DNA of 64,000 bases from Macrostomum lignano (GCA_002269645.1 NIVC01000001.1:2418001-2482000); one strand, 5' to 3'. Shown: positions 26,580 to 38,778, counted from the stretch's first letter. Numbers and translations: made by a program. The notes: generated from the sequence alone by a model not told the origin.

Positions 26580-27410
26580 GCGACACTGTTCAGCACCTGA
26601 GAGTCTGAGACTCAGGGGAAGCGACACTGTTCAAGCACCTGGGGTTTGGGGGAAGCTACACTGTTCAAGCACCTGGGGTTTTGGGGGAAGCGACACTGTT
26701 CAAGCACCTGGGGTTTTGGGGGAAGCGACACTGTTCAAGCACCTGGGATCCAGGTGTAAGCGACACTGTTCAAGCACCTGGAATCCAGGGGGAAGCGACA
26801 CTGTTCAAGCACCTGGGATCCAGGGGGAAGCGACACTGTTCAAGCACCTGGGATCCAGGTGTAAGTGACACCGTTCAAGCACCTGGGATCCAGGTGTAAG
26901 TGACACTGTTCAAGCACCTGGAATCCAGGTGGAAGTGACACTGTTCAAGCACCTGGGATCCAGGTGTAAGTGACACTGTTCAAGCACCTGGGATCCAGGA
27001 GGAAGTGACATTGTTCAAGTACCTGGGATCCAGGGGAAGCGACACTGTTCAAGCACCTGGGATCCAGGGGGAAGCGACACTGTTCAAGCACCTGGGATCC
27101 AGGTGTAAGCGACACTGTTCAAGCACCTGGGATCCAGGTGTAAGTGACACTGTTCAAGCACCTGGGATCCAGGGGGAAGCGACACTGTTCAAGCACCTGG
27201 GATCCAGGTGTAAGTGACACTGTTCAAGCACCTGGGATCCAGGTGTAAGTGACACTGTTCAAGCACCTGGGATCCAGGTGTAAGTGACACTGTTCAAGCA
27301 CCTGGGGTTTGGGGGAAGCGACACTGTTCAAGCACCTGGGATCCAGGGGAAGCGACACTGTTCAAGCACCTGGGATCCAGGGGGAAGCGACACTGCTCAA
27401 GCACCTGGGA
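26580..27410. repeat. Intronic minisatellite, 35-bp unit GCGACACTGTTCAAGCACCTGGGATCCAGGTGTAA with internal palindrome
   Basis: About 23 head-to-tail copies with no spacers; the unit contains CACCTGG-GAT-CCAGGTG. Confidence 0.95.
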
Positions 27411-28002
27411 TTCGAGAAAGAATCTGTTGTGTTCAAGTAAACCAGTAGGATAAAAGTATTTAGCTCGAAGCCTATTAAACCATTGATTTTGCTTGTAGGT
27501 ACGCTGTAGTTAGTAGGCGAGCTTAAATGGCTAGCGTTTATTGGTAGGCCTTTAAAAGTGCATCTAGGATTCAGGGATGTTCGGTAATTTTCCTCAAATT
27601 TCAACTCCGCTGCACTTTACAGCAATCCAAAGGCTTTCTCGTTGAATTTTTCTTTGACTAGCCTGCAGGTTCCACCGGACTCTGTAGTCTAATTGGCTCT
27701 GGAAAAGTACATTATTTACCTGGGCCGACATTTTCACTGAAACAGACTAATCTGCAAAGCAGAAATTTGCATGTTTGCAAGGAAAGATTGACGTCGCATC
27801 GCTACCCTGGATATTTTCAGGCCAGCTTTCAAAAATAACTAATTCGCACCTGTGCACCTGTTTTATAATTGAAAAAACAAGCTTTAATCCAGCTGACATA
27901 CAGGCAGTATGCTCCTGGGAACTGTATTTAATAGTATCCGAATGACTGGCTGAAGATGAAGACTCGATGGTTAATAAGGACTTGGCTGTGCCTCCAGTTT
28001 GA

Positions 28003-28455
28003 TGACCAGGTAAAGAATGCACAGGACCTGTCTGTAGTGTGGTGACCAGGTAAAGAATGCACAGGACCTGTCTGTAGTGTGATGACCAGGTAAAGAATGC
28101 ACAGGACCTGTCTGTAGTGTGATGACCAGGTAAAGAATGCACATGACCTGTCTGTAGTGTGATGACCAGGTAAAGAATGCACAGGACCTGTCTGTAGTGT
28201 GATGACCAGGTAAAGAATGCACAGGACCTGTCTGTAGTGTGATGACCAGGTAAAGAATGCACAGGACCTGTCTGTAGTGTGATGACCAGGTAAAGAATGC
28301 AGGACCTGTCTGTAGTGTGGTGACCAGGTAAAGAATGCACAGGACCTGTCTGTAGTGTGATGACCAGGTAAAGAATGCACAGGACCTGTCTGTAGTGTGA
28401 TGACCAGGTAAAGAATGCAGGACCTGTCTGTAGTGTGGTGACCAGGTAAAGAATC
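28003..28455. repeat. Intronic minisatellite, 40-bp unit GATGACCAGGTAAAGAATGCACAGGACCTGTCTGTAGTGT
   Basis: About 11 visible copies. Confidence 0.95.
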
Positions 28456-28614
28456 GGGGGTTTGGTTATTCTGATGTGTCAGGTAACGAACGTTTTTTTG
28501 GCAAAGGCCCGGTAAAGAAACGGGGCCTGTAGTCGAGACGATCAGGTAAAAGACAAGCAAGAACAATGGCCTGTATCGGTCACTAAAACACGATACAATT
28601 TTCAATGGCCACAG

Positions 28615-29008
28615 GAACGTCCAATTCGACATGCTGGAAGGTGTTTGCCGGAGTGTGCGTAAAAACAGGCAGCGACGGTTGTCCATTCGAGAACGCCTGG
28701 TTCTCGTGGCTGCACTGCCCGGCTGGCTATCACTGCTGCGTGCCTCCGAAGCGACCGGAGCAGCACATCGAGCGTCACCCTATCGTGCCCTGTGGAAACA
28801 GGAGCAGCACCGGTGCCGCCGACGTCAGTCTGGTAATCGGTGGCCACCTCGCCGTTGCCGGGGATTGGCCCTGGTTGGCACAAATTCTCGTGAGCCGCGA
28901 TCTGTCCGCGAAGACTGCGAAGGATGCGACGCCACGTCAGCACTGCGGCGGTGTGCTGGTGCATCCTCAATGGGTTCTGTCCGCTGGGCACTGCTTCGCT
29001 TGGGCCGA
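28615..29008 (+). CDS. Trypsin-family (S1A) serine protease exon 2: 6-Cys defensin/clip-like module, linker, activation site, catalytic His
   Basis: Acceptor ccacag|GA; encodes CWKVFAGVCVKTGSDGCPFENAWFSWLHCPAGYHCC...CG...L|VIGG...GDWPWLAQI...HCGGVLVHPQWVLSAGHCF; donor GA|gtgagt (phase 2). Confidence 0.92.
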
Positions 29009-29094
29009 GTGAGTCTAGATTGTCTCTTGCGTGTCTATCTAGCTACCACCTACCTCCCCAATAAACCTACAGTTTACTGTTTAGCAAACAAACA

Positions 29095-29475
29095 ATCAAC
29101 CGATGCTAATCACCACGAACCAATCAACACAAACAATCAACACGAACAATCAACACAACCACGAACCAATCAACACAAACAATCAACACGAACAATCAAC
29201 ACAAACCACGAACCAATCAACACAAACAATCAACACGAAAAATCAACACAAACCACGAACCAATCAACACGAACAATCAACACAACCATGAACAATCAAT
29301 ACGAAAAATCAACACAAACAATCAACATGAACAATCAACACAACCACGAACCAATCAACACAACCACGAACCAATCAACACAACCACGAACCAATCAACA
29401 CAAAAAATCAACACAAAAAATCAACACGAACAATCAACACAAACCACGAACAATCAACACAAACAATCAACACGT
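29095..29475. repeat. Intronic A/C-rich minisatellite, 14/21-bp units CAATCAACACAAAC(CACGAAC)
   Basis: Visible degenerate tandem copies. Confidence 0.88.
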
Positions 29476-29740
29476 ACCTACATGGACTTCCTCCATTAAT
29501 CTACAAAACAGCCAACCTTCCGATGCATGACGGAGTGCTTCGGACAGACAGCATGCAGTCCTGACCTTCTCACCGTCAGGCAGTGCATACTGTGCATTGA
29601 GTATTGGCCCATCATGAGAATTTGAACTACGCAGCAAGTCCTAAATTGAAGTGACCGCACAGGAGTCGCACTCAGATACTTAATTTGATGCGAGAGACAA
29701 AAACCTACCTTAGCTACCTGCCATTCACACAACTTCACAG

Positions 29741-29991
29741 CGCCAGCGAGACATTCTCAGTTCGCCTGGGCCACACAGCCGCAGGCGACATCAGTGTGCA
29801 GGAGTTCAACGTCAGTCGGGTGGTTGTGCACGAGAGATTCTTCCAGCCCATCTACAGCAACGATGTCGCATTGTTAAAGCTGGACAAGCCGGCCCAGTTA
29901 CTAAATTCCGTTGAGCCCATCTGCCTGCCAGAGCCCGGAGAAGCATTCGACAACTCAATTGGCAGCGTAGCCGGCTGGGGAGCCACAGAGG
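29741..29991 (+). CDS. Serine protease exon 3 (catalytic Asp)
   Basis: Acceptor ttcacag|C (phase 2); FSVRLG...VVVHERF...YSNDVALLKLDKP...VEPICLP...VAGWGATE; donor G|gtgagt. Confidence 0.92.
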
Positions 29992-30063
29992 GTGAGTCTG
30001 AGCTGACCATTGCGTGCCATCGAATCGGTCAGATTTCTTTAGCGCTGCCTGAACCAATTTTAG

Positions 30064-30188
30064 ATAGCGACGTGGCCGACCGTCTCATGGAGACCCAACT
30101 GCCAGTGCTGAGCAACACCAGGTGCAAAGAACTCTATGCTGGCACCAGCAGACCAGTTTATGCCGAGAATATCTGCGCTGGGTTTTTG
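30064..30188 (+). CDS. Serine protease exon 4
   Basis: Follows a 72-nt in-frame intron (29992-30063); DSDVADRLMETQLPVLSNTRCKELYAGTSRPVYAENICAGFL; donor TTG|gtattc (phase 0). Confidence 0.85.
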
Positions 30189-30262
30189 GTATTCGTGCTA
30201 TTTTTATAACTAGATAAACAACATTCAGAAATCTGAGCACAACTCTTCCACTCTAACTCAAA

Positions 30263-31157
30263 CAGCACTATTAACCCGATTCACCAACAGCACTATAACC
30301 CGATTCACCAACAGCACTATTAACCCGATTCACCAACAGCACTATAACCCGATTCACCAACAACACTATAACCCGATTCACCAACAGCACTATAACCCGA
30401 TTCACCAACAGCACTATAACCCGATTCACCAACAGCACTATAACCCGATTCACCAACAGCACTATAACCCGATTCACCAACAGCACTATAACCCGATTCA
30501 CCAACAGCACTATTAACCCGATTCACCAACAGCACTATAACCCGATTCACCAACAACACTATAACCCGATTCACCAACAGCACTATAACCCGATTCACCA
30601 ACAGCACTATAACCCGATTCACCAACAGCACTATAACCCGATTCACCAACAGCACTATAACCCGATTCACCAACAGCACTATAACCCGATTCACCAACAG
30701 CACTATAACCCGATTCACCAACAGCACTATAACCCGATTCACCAACAGCACTATAACCCGATTGACCAACAACACTATAACCCGATTCACCAACAGCACT
30801 ATAACCCGATTCACCAACAGCACTATTAACCCGATTCACCAACAGCACTATAACCCGATTCACCAACAGCACTATAACCCGATTCACCAACAGCACTATA
30901 ACCCGATTCACCAACAGCACTATAACCCGATTCACCAACAGCACTATAACCCGATTCACCAACAGCACTATAACCCGATTCACCAACAGCACTATAACCC
31001 GATTCACCAACAGCACTATAACCCGATTCACCAACAGCACTATAACCCGATTCACCAACAGCACTATAACCCGATTCACCAACAGCACTATAACCCGATT
31101 CACCAACAGCACTATAACCCGATTCACCAACAGCACTATAACCCGATTCACCAACAT
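30263..31157. repeat. Intronic minisatellite, 24-bp unit CAGCACTATAACCCGATTCACCAA
   Basis: About 37 near-perfect copies. Confidence 0.96.
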
Positions 31158-31205
31158 TTATCAACTGATTAACCAGATCCAACCCAATGCACAAACGTTC
31201 TGCAG

Positions 31206-31388
31206 GCAGGAGAACGCGACGCTTGCACAGGTGATTCAGGCGGACCGTTGATGATCAACGGGCAGGACCTGTGGCTGGTGGCCGGCCTGGTGTCTCACGG
31301 CGATGGCTGCGGCCAGGCCAAAAGGCCGGGCGTCTACGCTCGGATGTCCGCCTATGCCGAATGGGTGCGGCGGAATGTGAACTCTTGA
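31206..31388 (+). CDS. Serine protease exon 5 (catalytic Ser, S1 Asp)
   Basis: Not in the ORF track. Acceptor ctgcag|GCA; AGERDACTGDSGGPLMINGQDLWLVAGLVSHGDGCGQAKRPGVYARMSAYAEWVRRNVNS*. The DAC.GDSGGP motif indicates an intact triad and trypsin-like specificity. Confidence 0.93.
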   Translation, partial: AGERDACTGDSGGPLMINGQDLWLVAGLVSHGDGCGQAKRPGVYARMSAYAEWVRRNVNS

Positions 31389-31403
31389 CCATTAACTAAG
31401 CAA

Positions 31404-31427
31404 CCCTAACCCTAACCCTAACCCTAA
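31404..31427 (+). repeat. Interstitial telomeric repeat (CCCTAA)4
   Basis: Four perfect copies starting 15 bp after the protease stop codon. Confidence 0.85.
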
Positions 31428-31469
31428 TTAACGTTAATTGCTTGCTCCCAGGCTCAACTGGCTTGGAAT

Positions 31470-32125
31470 ATGGCCAGGGATTTTCGGCCAGGGATTATTG
31501 GCCAGGGATTATTGGCCAGGGATTATTGGCCAGGGATTATTGGCCAGGGATTATTGGCCAGGGATTATTGGCCAGGGATTATTGGCCAGGGATTATTGGC
31601 CAGGGATTATTGGCATGGATTATTGGCCAGGGATTATTGGCCAGAGATTATTGGCCAGGGATTGTTGGCCAGGAATTATTGGCATGAATTATTGGCATGG
31701 ATTATTGGCCAGGGATTATTGGCCAGGGATTATTGGCATGAATTATTGGTATGGATTATTGGCCAGGGATTATTGGCCAGAGATTATTGGCCAGGGATTG
31801 TTGGCCAGGAATTATTGGCATGAATTATTGGCATGGATTATTGGCCAGGAATTATTGGCCAGGGATTATTGGCATGAATTATTGGTATGGATTATTGGCC
31901 AGGGATTATTGGCCAGAGATTATTGGCCAGGGATTGTTGGCCAGGAATTATTGGCATGAATTATTGGCATGGATTATTGGCCAGGAATTATTGGCCAGGG
32001 ATTATTGGCATGAATTATTGGTATGGATTATTGGCCAGGAATTATTGGCCAGGGATTATTGGCATGAATTATTGGCATGGATTATTGGCCAGGAATTATT
32101 GGCCAGGATTACTGGCATGGATTAT
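31470..32125. repeat. Minisatellite, 13-14-bp unit GGCCAGGGATTATT / GGCATGAATTATT
   Basis: Visible tandem copies. Confidence 0.95.
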
Positions 32126-32299
32126 TAATTACTGAGCAGATAATTAATCTTTACTTTCCTATCCCTTATATCGTCATACATCCAAGCCCAAAAAATCCAA
32201 ATATATCTTTGGAAAATCGTTCTACTTGTTTATCATAAATGAATAATCAATTATTCTCGAATTTATTTTCGCAAAGATTTAAATGCAAATTCTTAATGC

Positions 32300-34558
32300 A
32301 TAGATTTCCCAATGGTCTCATAGATTTCCTAATGATCTCATAGATTTCCCAATGATCTCATAGATTTCCCAATGATCTCATAGATTTCCCAATGATCTCA
32401 TAGATTTCCCAATGATCTCATAGATTTCCCAATGATCTCATAGATTTTCCTATGATCTCATAGATTTCCCAATGATCTCATAGATTTCCCAATGATCTCA
32501 TAGATTTCCCAATGATCTCATAGATTTCCTAATGATCTCATAGATTTCCCAATGATCTCATAGATTTCCCAATGATCTCACAGATTTCCCAATGATCTCA
32601 CAGATTTCCTAATGATCTCACAGATTTCCCAATGATCTCATAGATTTCCCAATGATCTCACAGATTTCCCAATGATCTCATAGATTTCCCAATGATCTCA
32701 CAGATTTCCCAATGATCTCACAGATTTCCCAATGATCTCATAGATTTCCCAATGATCTCACAGATTTCCCAATGATCTCATAGATTTCCCAATGATCTCA
32801 TAGATTTCCCAATGATCTCACAGATTTCCCAATGATCTCATAGATTTCCCAATGATCTCACAGATTTCCCAATGATCTCATAGATTTCCCAATGATCTCA
32901 TAGATTTCCCAATGATCTCATAGATTTCCCAATGATCTCATAGATTTCCCAATGATCTCATAGATTTCCCAATGATCTCATAGATTTCCCAATGATCTCA
33001 TAGATTTCCTAATGATCTCATAGATTTCCCAATGATCGCATAGATTTCCCAATGATCTCATAGATTTCCCAATGATCTCATAGATTTCCCAATGATCTCA
33101 TAGATTTCCCAATGATCTCACAGATTTCCCAATGATCTCATAGATTTCCCAATGATCTCATAGATTTCCCAATGATCTCACAGATTTCCTAATGATCTCA
33201 TAGATTTCCCAATGATCTCATAGATTTCCCAATGATCTCATAGATTTCCCAATGATCTCATAGATTTCCCAATGATCTCATAGATTTCCCAATGATCTCA
33301 CAGATTTCCCAATGATCTCATAGATTTCCCAATGATCTCATAGATTTCCTAATGATCTCATAGATTTCCCAATGATCTCATAGATTTCCCAATGATCTCA
33401 TAGATTTCCTAATGATCTCATAGATTTCCCAATGATCTCATAGATTTCCTAATGATCTCATAGATTTCCCAATGATCTCATAGATTTCCTAATGATCGCA
33501 TAGATTTCCCAATGATCTCATAGATTTCCTAATAATCTCATAGATTTCCCAATGATCTCATAGATTTCCCAATGATCTCACAGATTTCCCAATGATCTCA
33601 TAGATTTCCCAATGATCTCATAGATTTCCTAATGATCGCATAGATTTCCCAATGATCTCACAGATTTCCCAATGATCTCATAGATTTCCCAATGATCTCA
33701 TAGATTTCCCAATGATCTCACAGATTTCCCAATGATCTCATAGATTTCCCAATGATCTCATAGATTTCCCAATGATCTCACAGATTTCCTAATGATCTCA
33801 TAGATTTCCCAATGATCTCATAGATTTCCCAATGATCTCATAGATTTCCCAATGATCTCATAGATTTCCCAATGATCTCATAGATTTCCCAATGATCTCA
33901 CAGATTTCCCAATGATCTCATAGATTTCCCAATGATCTCATAGATTTCCTAATGATCTCATAGATTTCCCAATGATCTCATAGATTTCCCAATGATCTCA
34001 TAGATTTCCTAATGATCTCATAGATTTCCCAATGATCTCATAGATTTCCTAATGATCTCATAGATTTCCCAATGATCTCATAGATTTCCTAATGATCGCA
34101 TAGATTTCCCAATGATCTCATAGATTTCCTAATAATCTCATAGATTTCCCAATGATCTCATAGATTTCCCAATGATCTCACAGATTTCCCAATGATCTCA
34201 TAGATTTCCCAATGATCTCATAGATTTCCTAATGATCGCATAGATTTCCCAATGATCTCACAGATTTCCCAATGATCTCATAGATTTCCCAATGATCTCA
34301 TAGATTTCCCAATGATCTCATAGATTTCCTAATGATCTCATAGATTTCCCAATGATCTCATAGATTTCCCAATGATCTCATAGATTTCCCAATGATCTCA
34401 TAGATTTCCCAATGATCTCATAGATTTCCCAATGATCTCATAGATTTCCCAATGATCTCATAGATTTCCCAATGATCTCATAGATTTCCCAATGATCTCA
34501 TAGATTTCCCAATGATCTCATAGATTTCCCAATGATCGCATAGATTTCCCAATGATCT
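32300..34558. repeat. Satellite, 20-bp unit TAGATTTCCCAATGATCTCA with 600-bp higher-order duplication
   Basis: About 112 copies; the rare variant AATAATCTCA occurs at 33531 and 34131. Confidence 0.97.
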
Positions 34559-35639
34559 CCTTCTTGTTTAAAATGATAATACTAGATGCATAGGCTCGTA
34601 GAGTAAAACGCTGTCAAAAGTTTTGTTTCAGTTTCTGGTTACATTCAAGTGCAAAGTCCTACTAGAAGAAATGTGAAGAAAAAAGTGGAATTTAGTTTTG
34701 GGCCTCTTATCTTGCTGTCTATAGCTCCATCGTATCATGCATACATTTCAAGTGCAATCTATTGATCTACACGTAAACAGAAAGGTGGCTTAAAAGATCA
34801 GTTTAGCGCTGAAAACACAAACATTTCCGTTTTCTTCGCTGCTACGAGTGCGAACGTAAATTTAACGTCGAAAACGAAAATCAGATTTTTGCGTAACTAC
34901 TACTCAGATAAGCTTTTCGAGTAGTATAATTGAATATCAACAAAATTTTTTCAAAAGGAGCATTTCGAACTACAAAAAGACTTAAGAAGACATTTTCGTT
35001 GATATTTTTATGAAATTCGATAAAAAGTGTTGTTTGCTATTCGTAGATGTGATTTTTGACTAGAAAATGCCACTTGACAACCGCCAATGCTTTGTTTCGT
35101 CTAATTTAAAAATTGAGTTGGCGAAGATAATTGTATATTGTTCATCCGGTTGAAAACATCCTTGACCTTTCGAGTTCAACCTGCCTGTATTTTTCAGGTC
35201 AATTTTTTAATGTCGGACTGTACTGCCATATTTTGATATATTGCAATAAAAACAGGATATTTTCGACGCAAGGAAGTGTTAAACCTAAATTTAGCATTTT
35301 TCGGATCAATTAATTCTATCAAGGGCGTAAAAATGACACAAATCGCAGAGACAAACTTCCATTTTATTAGTAAGTATTTTGAAAAAAGCACTGGGCGAGA
35401 AATGATGAAATAATTATAGGAGTGGAGGATACGGAAGGGCAAGGGAGAGACGATTTGGGGCAGTAGTATGCGAGGTAGAGTGAGTGGAAGGTTAAGAGTG
35501 AGTGAGAGAGAAGAGTGAAAGGTGGTTGAGAAAGAAGGATGAGAACGAGGGGAAGAGGGGGGCGAGAGCAATAATGAGATGGAGAGTGGGAACGAGGGCG
35601 AGAACGAGGGCGAGGGGAGGGTGAGAGGGAGGGCGAGAA

Positions 35640-36155
35640 CGAGGGGAGAGAGAAGGTGAGAGAGAAGGTGAGAAAGAAGGGGAGAGAGAAGGGGAGAGAG
35701 AAGGGGAGAGAGAAGGGGAGAGAGAAGGGGAGAGAGAAGGGGAGAGAGAAGGGGAGAGAGAAGGGGAGAGAGAAGGGGAGAGAGGTGAGAGAGAAGGGAG
35801 AGAGAAGGGGAGAGAGAAGGGGAGAGAGGTGAGAGAGAAGGGGAGAGAGAAGGGGAGAGAGAAGGGGAGAGAGGTGAGAGAGAAGGGGAGAGAGAAGGGG
35901 AGAGAGAAGGGGAGAGAGGTGAGAGAGAAGGGAGAGAGAAGGGGAGAGAGAAGGGGAGAGAGGAAGTGAGAGAGAGAGGGTGAGCGCTATGGTGGGAGGG
36001 ATGGTGAGAGGAAAGGCGAGGAGGGGGGTGAGAAGGGGTCGAGAGGAAGGGTGTGAGGGGGTGGGATGGAGGGGGAGAGGAAGGGTGTGAGGGGGTGGGA
36101 TGGAGGGGGAGAGGAAGGGTGTGAGGGGTGGGATGGAGGGGGAGAGGAAGGGTGA
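35640..36155. repeat. Polypurine repeats: 12-bp AAGGGGAGAGAG array, then about 3 copies of a roughly 33-bp G-rich unit
   Basis: Directly visible. Confidence 0.88.
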
Positions 36156-36824
36156 GAATGTGGGTTAGAGAGTGTTTTATGCCTCAGTAGTTCACACAGA
36201 AAATTCTACCAGAAAGGATCAGATTGAGTTGTAAAAAGTCCGCACCTACGAGCCAAACCTTGAGCAAACACAGCATCATTATGGCTCGTTCAAAAGCCCT
36301 CCATACTGCCGTATCTTTCCACTGAAACTGCGTGTCTGCATGTTCTGAGTTCATGCGACATTGTGATAGAAAGTTTTTACGTTCGGCTAGCAAACACCAA
36401 ATAGACTGGCTGGGCAATGTCAACTGAGTCGCCTGTCCAGATTCCAGAAATCGCAAGTATTAAAGCGAGTATTAAAAGCAGAGTCAAACAGAGTGTCGGA
36501 GACTCTCAGACTGAATTGAAGTATTGCCATATCTATCAAGAGTTCAGTTGAAGTTGAACAATTCATCGCAATTCTGGTAAGAATTTATTTATCAAAACCC
36601 TGTGTTGTTGAGCGCCAAGATAAACACAATAAACACAAGATAAGCAAATTGTGATAAACTCAAGTAATGAACTGGGTTATAAACACAAGCTATACACCGA
36701 TTGATAAGCAAAAGCTAAACACGCATTGATAAACATAAGCTAAACAAAGATTGATAAACACAAGCTAAAACACACTAAAAAAACAAACTACACACAGATT
36801 GATTAACACAAGCCACAACACAAA

Positions 36825-37186
36825 TCAATAAACACAAGCTTTAGACACAGGCAGATAAACACAAGCTTTAGACACAGGCAGATAAACACAAGCTTTAGAC
36901 ACAGGCAGATAAACACAAGCTTTAGACACAGGCAGATAAACACAAGCTTTAGACACAGGCAGATAAACACAAGCTTTGGACACAGGCAGATAAACACAAG
37001 CTACAGGCAGATAAACACAAGCTACAGGCAAATAAACACAAGCTACAGGCAGATAAACACAAGCTACAGGCAGATAAACACAAGCTGCAGGCAGATAAAC
37101 ACAAGCTACAGGCAGATAAACACAAGCTACAGGCAAATAAACACAAGCTACAGGCAGATAAACACAAGCTACAGGCAGATAAACAC
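36825..37186. repeat. Minisatellite shifting from 27-bp CACAAGCTTTAGACACAGGCAGATAAA to 21-bp CACAAGCTACAGGCAGATAAA
   Basis: Visible tandem copies with a unit-length switch near 37000. Confidence 0.92.
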
Positions 37187-37349
37187 GCTATAAAAACAAG
37201 TCGAGCTATTTAATTAAACACAATGTCACTAAACTGATGACAATAGAGAAGCAGTTTATTACTATTATGAGCAATTAATAAACTCAGATAGTGCAGATCG
37301 ATAAACACAAGCCGTGAAAATTAAACACAAAGTCTGCAGCAGTTTCCAA

Positions 37350-38336
37350 ATGTCAGACGACGCAGCCGAAGGCCCGGTGGGGGAGGAGGCGCAGCGGGCT
37401 GAGACGGACCGCCAGAGCTCCGGCCGGCCCCGCCGCCGCGGACGCCGAGTGCCTCGCCGGCTGCTGCGGCAGCTGCGCCGCTTCGTTCTTGACGACGAGT
37501 TCGATGACGACGACAAGGCGGCAGCGGCAGCGGCAGCTGCTGGTAACAACGCGGCCGCCTCGCCCGCCGACGCTAAAGACGGCGACGTCGACGAGATCCG
37601 ACGTCGGACGGCGCCAACAGGCCTGGTTGGGCGGTGCCGCGACCTGCACCATCAGGCTGCGCTGATTCAGCGGCGCCTCGAGGCCGACCAGGCCGACCAG
37701 GCTGCCCCGGCGGCGCTTGTGGCCTACCAGCGGCGCGGCCGGCAGGCCCGGCGCTTCGGCAACGTGGCCATCTTTGGCCTTCAAGCTTCCTCGTCGTCAT
37801 CGTCGTCGTCGTCGACGGAGTCGATCGAGACGCTGCCGGTGGACAACGCGGCCAGCAGGCAGTCGGCTTCTCGCTCCGCCCTGCCGCCGATGCCGTCCAT
37901 GGCACCGCGCAGTCGATTCTACGACGTCCTCGAAGGCTGCCGGCGGAGTCAAGCCTTCGGCGCCCGATTCGATCTGGACGGGTGCCGCTGCCGGTTCCAG
38001 CTGGTCGCCAGGAGGCGCGTGGAGCCGCCAGGTGGCGGGCTGCGCAGGCTGGCGGCCTGGGAGCGGCTGGAGCTGGTCCGCTGCGCCGCCAGCCTGCAGT
38101 TCCAGTTTGGCCTGCGCCGCTGCAGCCTGCAGGTGCCGCGCCAACTTGGCGCCGCTCTGGCGCTGGCGGATCAGCGCGACGTGGTCCAGGGCCTGGTCCC
38201 CTGCGGCCTGGTGCTGGTGCCGGAGACGGAGCGCTATCTGGCGGCGTTCCGGTACGCCTGCGCCCCCAACCTCGTGCCGGGCTGGCCGCACCGGGCCGAG
38301 CACTGGGTGGGGCCGCTCTGGCCGCACCCGTGCAGG
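37350..38336 (+). CDS. Putative Mab-21/cGAS-like (MB21D2/TMEM102-like) protein, exon 1
   Basis: GC3-rich coding bias; ATG at 37350; donor AGG|gtgagg. The motif RYACAPNLVPGWPHRAEHWVGPLWP resembles the Mab-21 'YDIVP....GWP..A..W.....W' motif. Coding status is confident; the family call is tentative. Confidence 0.7.
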
Positions 38337-38356
38337 GTGAGGCTTTTCTTAGTGCT

Positions 38357-38778
38357 TGTGTCCGTGCCTGTGTCCGTGCCTGTGTCCGTGCCTGTATCCG
38401 TGCCTGTGTCCGTGCATGTGTCCGTGCCTGTGTCCGTGCCTGTGTCCGTGCCTGTGTCCGTGCCTGTGTCCGTGCCTGTGTCCGTGCCTGTGTCCGTGCC
38501 TGTGTCCGTGCCTGTGTCCGTGCCTGTGTCCGTGACTGTGTCCGTGCCTGTGTCCATGCCTGTGTCCGTGCCTGTGTCCGTGCCTGTGTCCGTGCCTGTG
38601 TCCATGCCTGTGTCCGTGCCTGTGTCCGTGCCTGTGTCCGTGCCTGTGTCCATGCCTGTGTCCGTGCCTGTATCCGTGCCTGTGTCCGTGCCTGTGTCCG
38701 TGCCTGTGTCCATGCCTGTGTCCGTGCCTGTGTCCGTGCCTGTGTCCGTGCCTGTGTCCGTGCCTGTGTCCGTGCCTG
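38357..38778. repeat. Intronic minisatellite, 12-bp unit TGTGTCCGTGCC
   Basis: About 35 copies. Confidence 0.96.

Noticed and set aside
26580-28455. CRISPR-like appearance (35- and 40-bp partly palindromic repeats)
   Set aside because: Units are head-to-tail with no unique spacers, there are no cas genes, and they lie in a spliceosomal intron.
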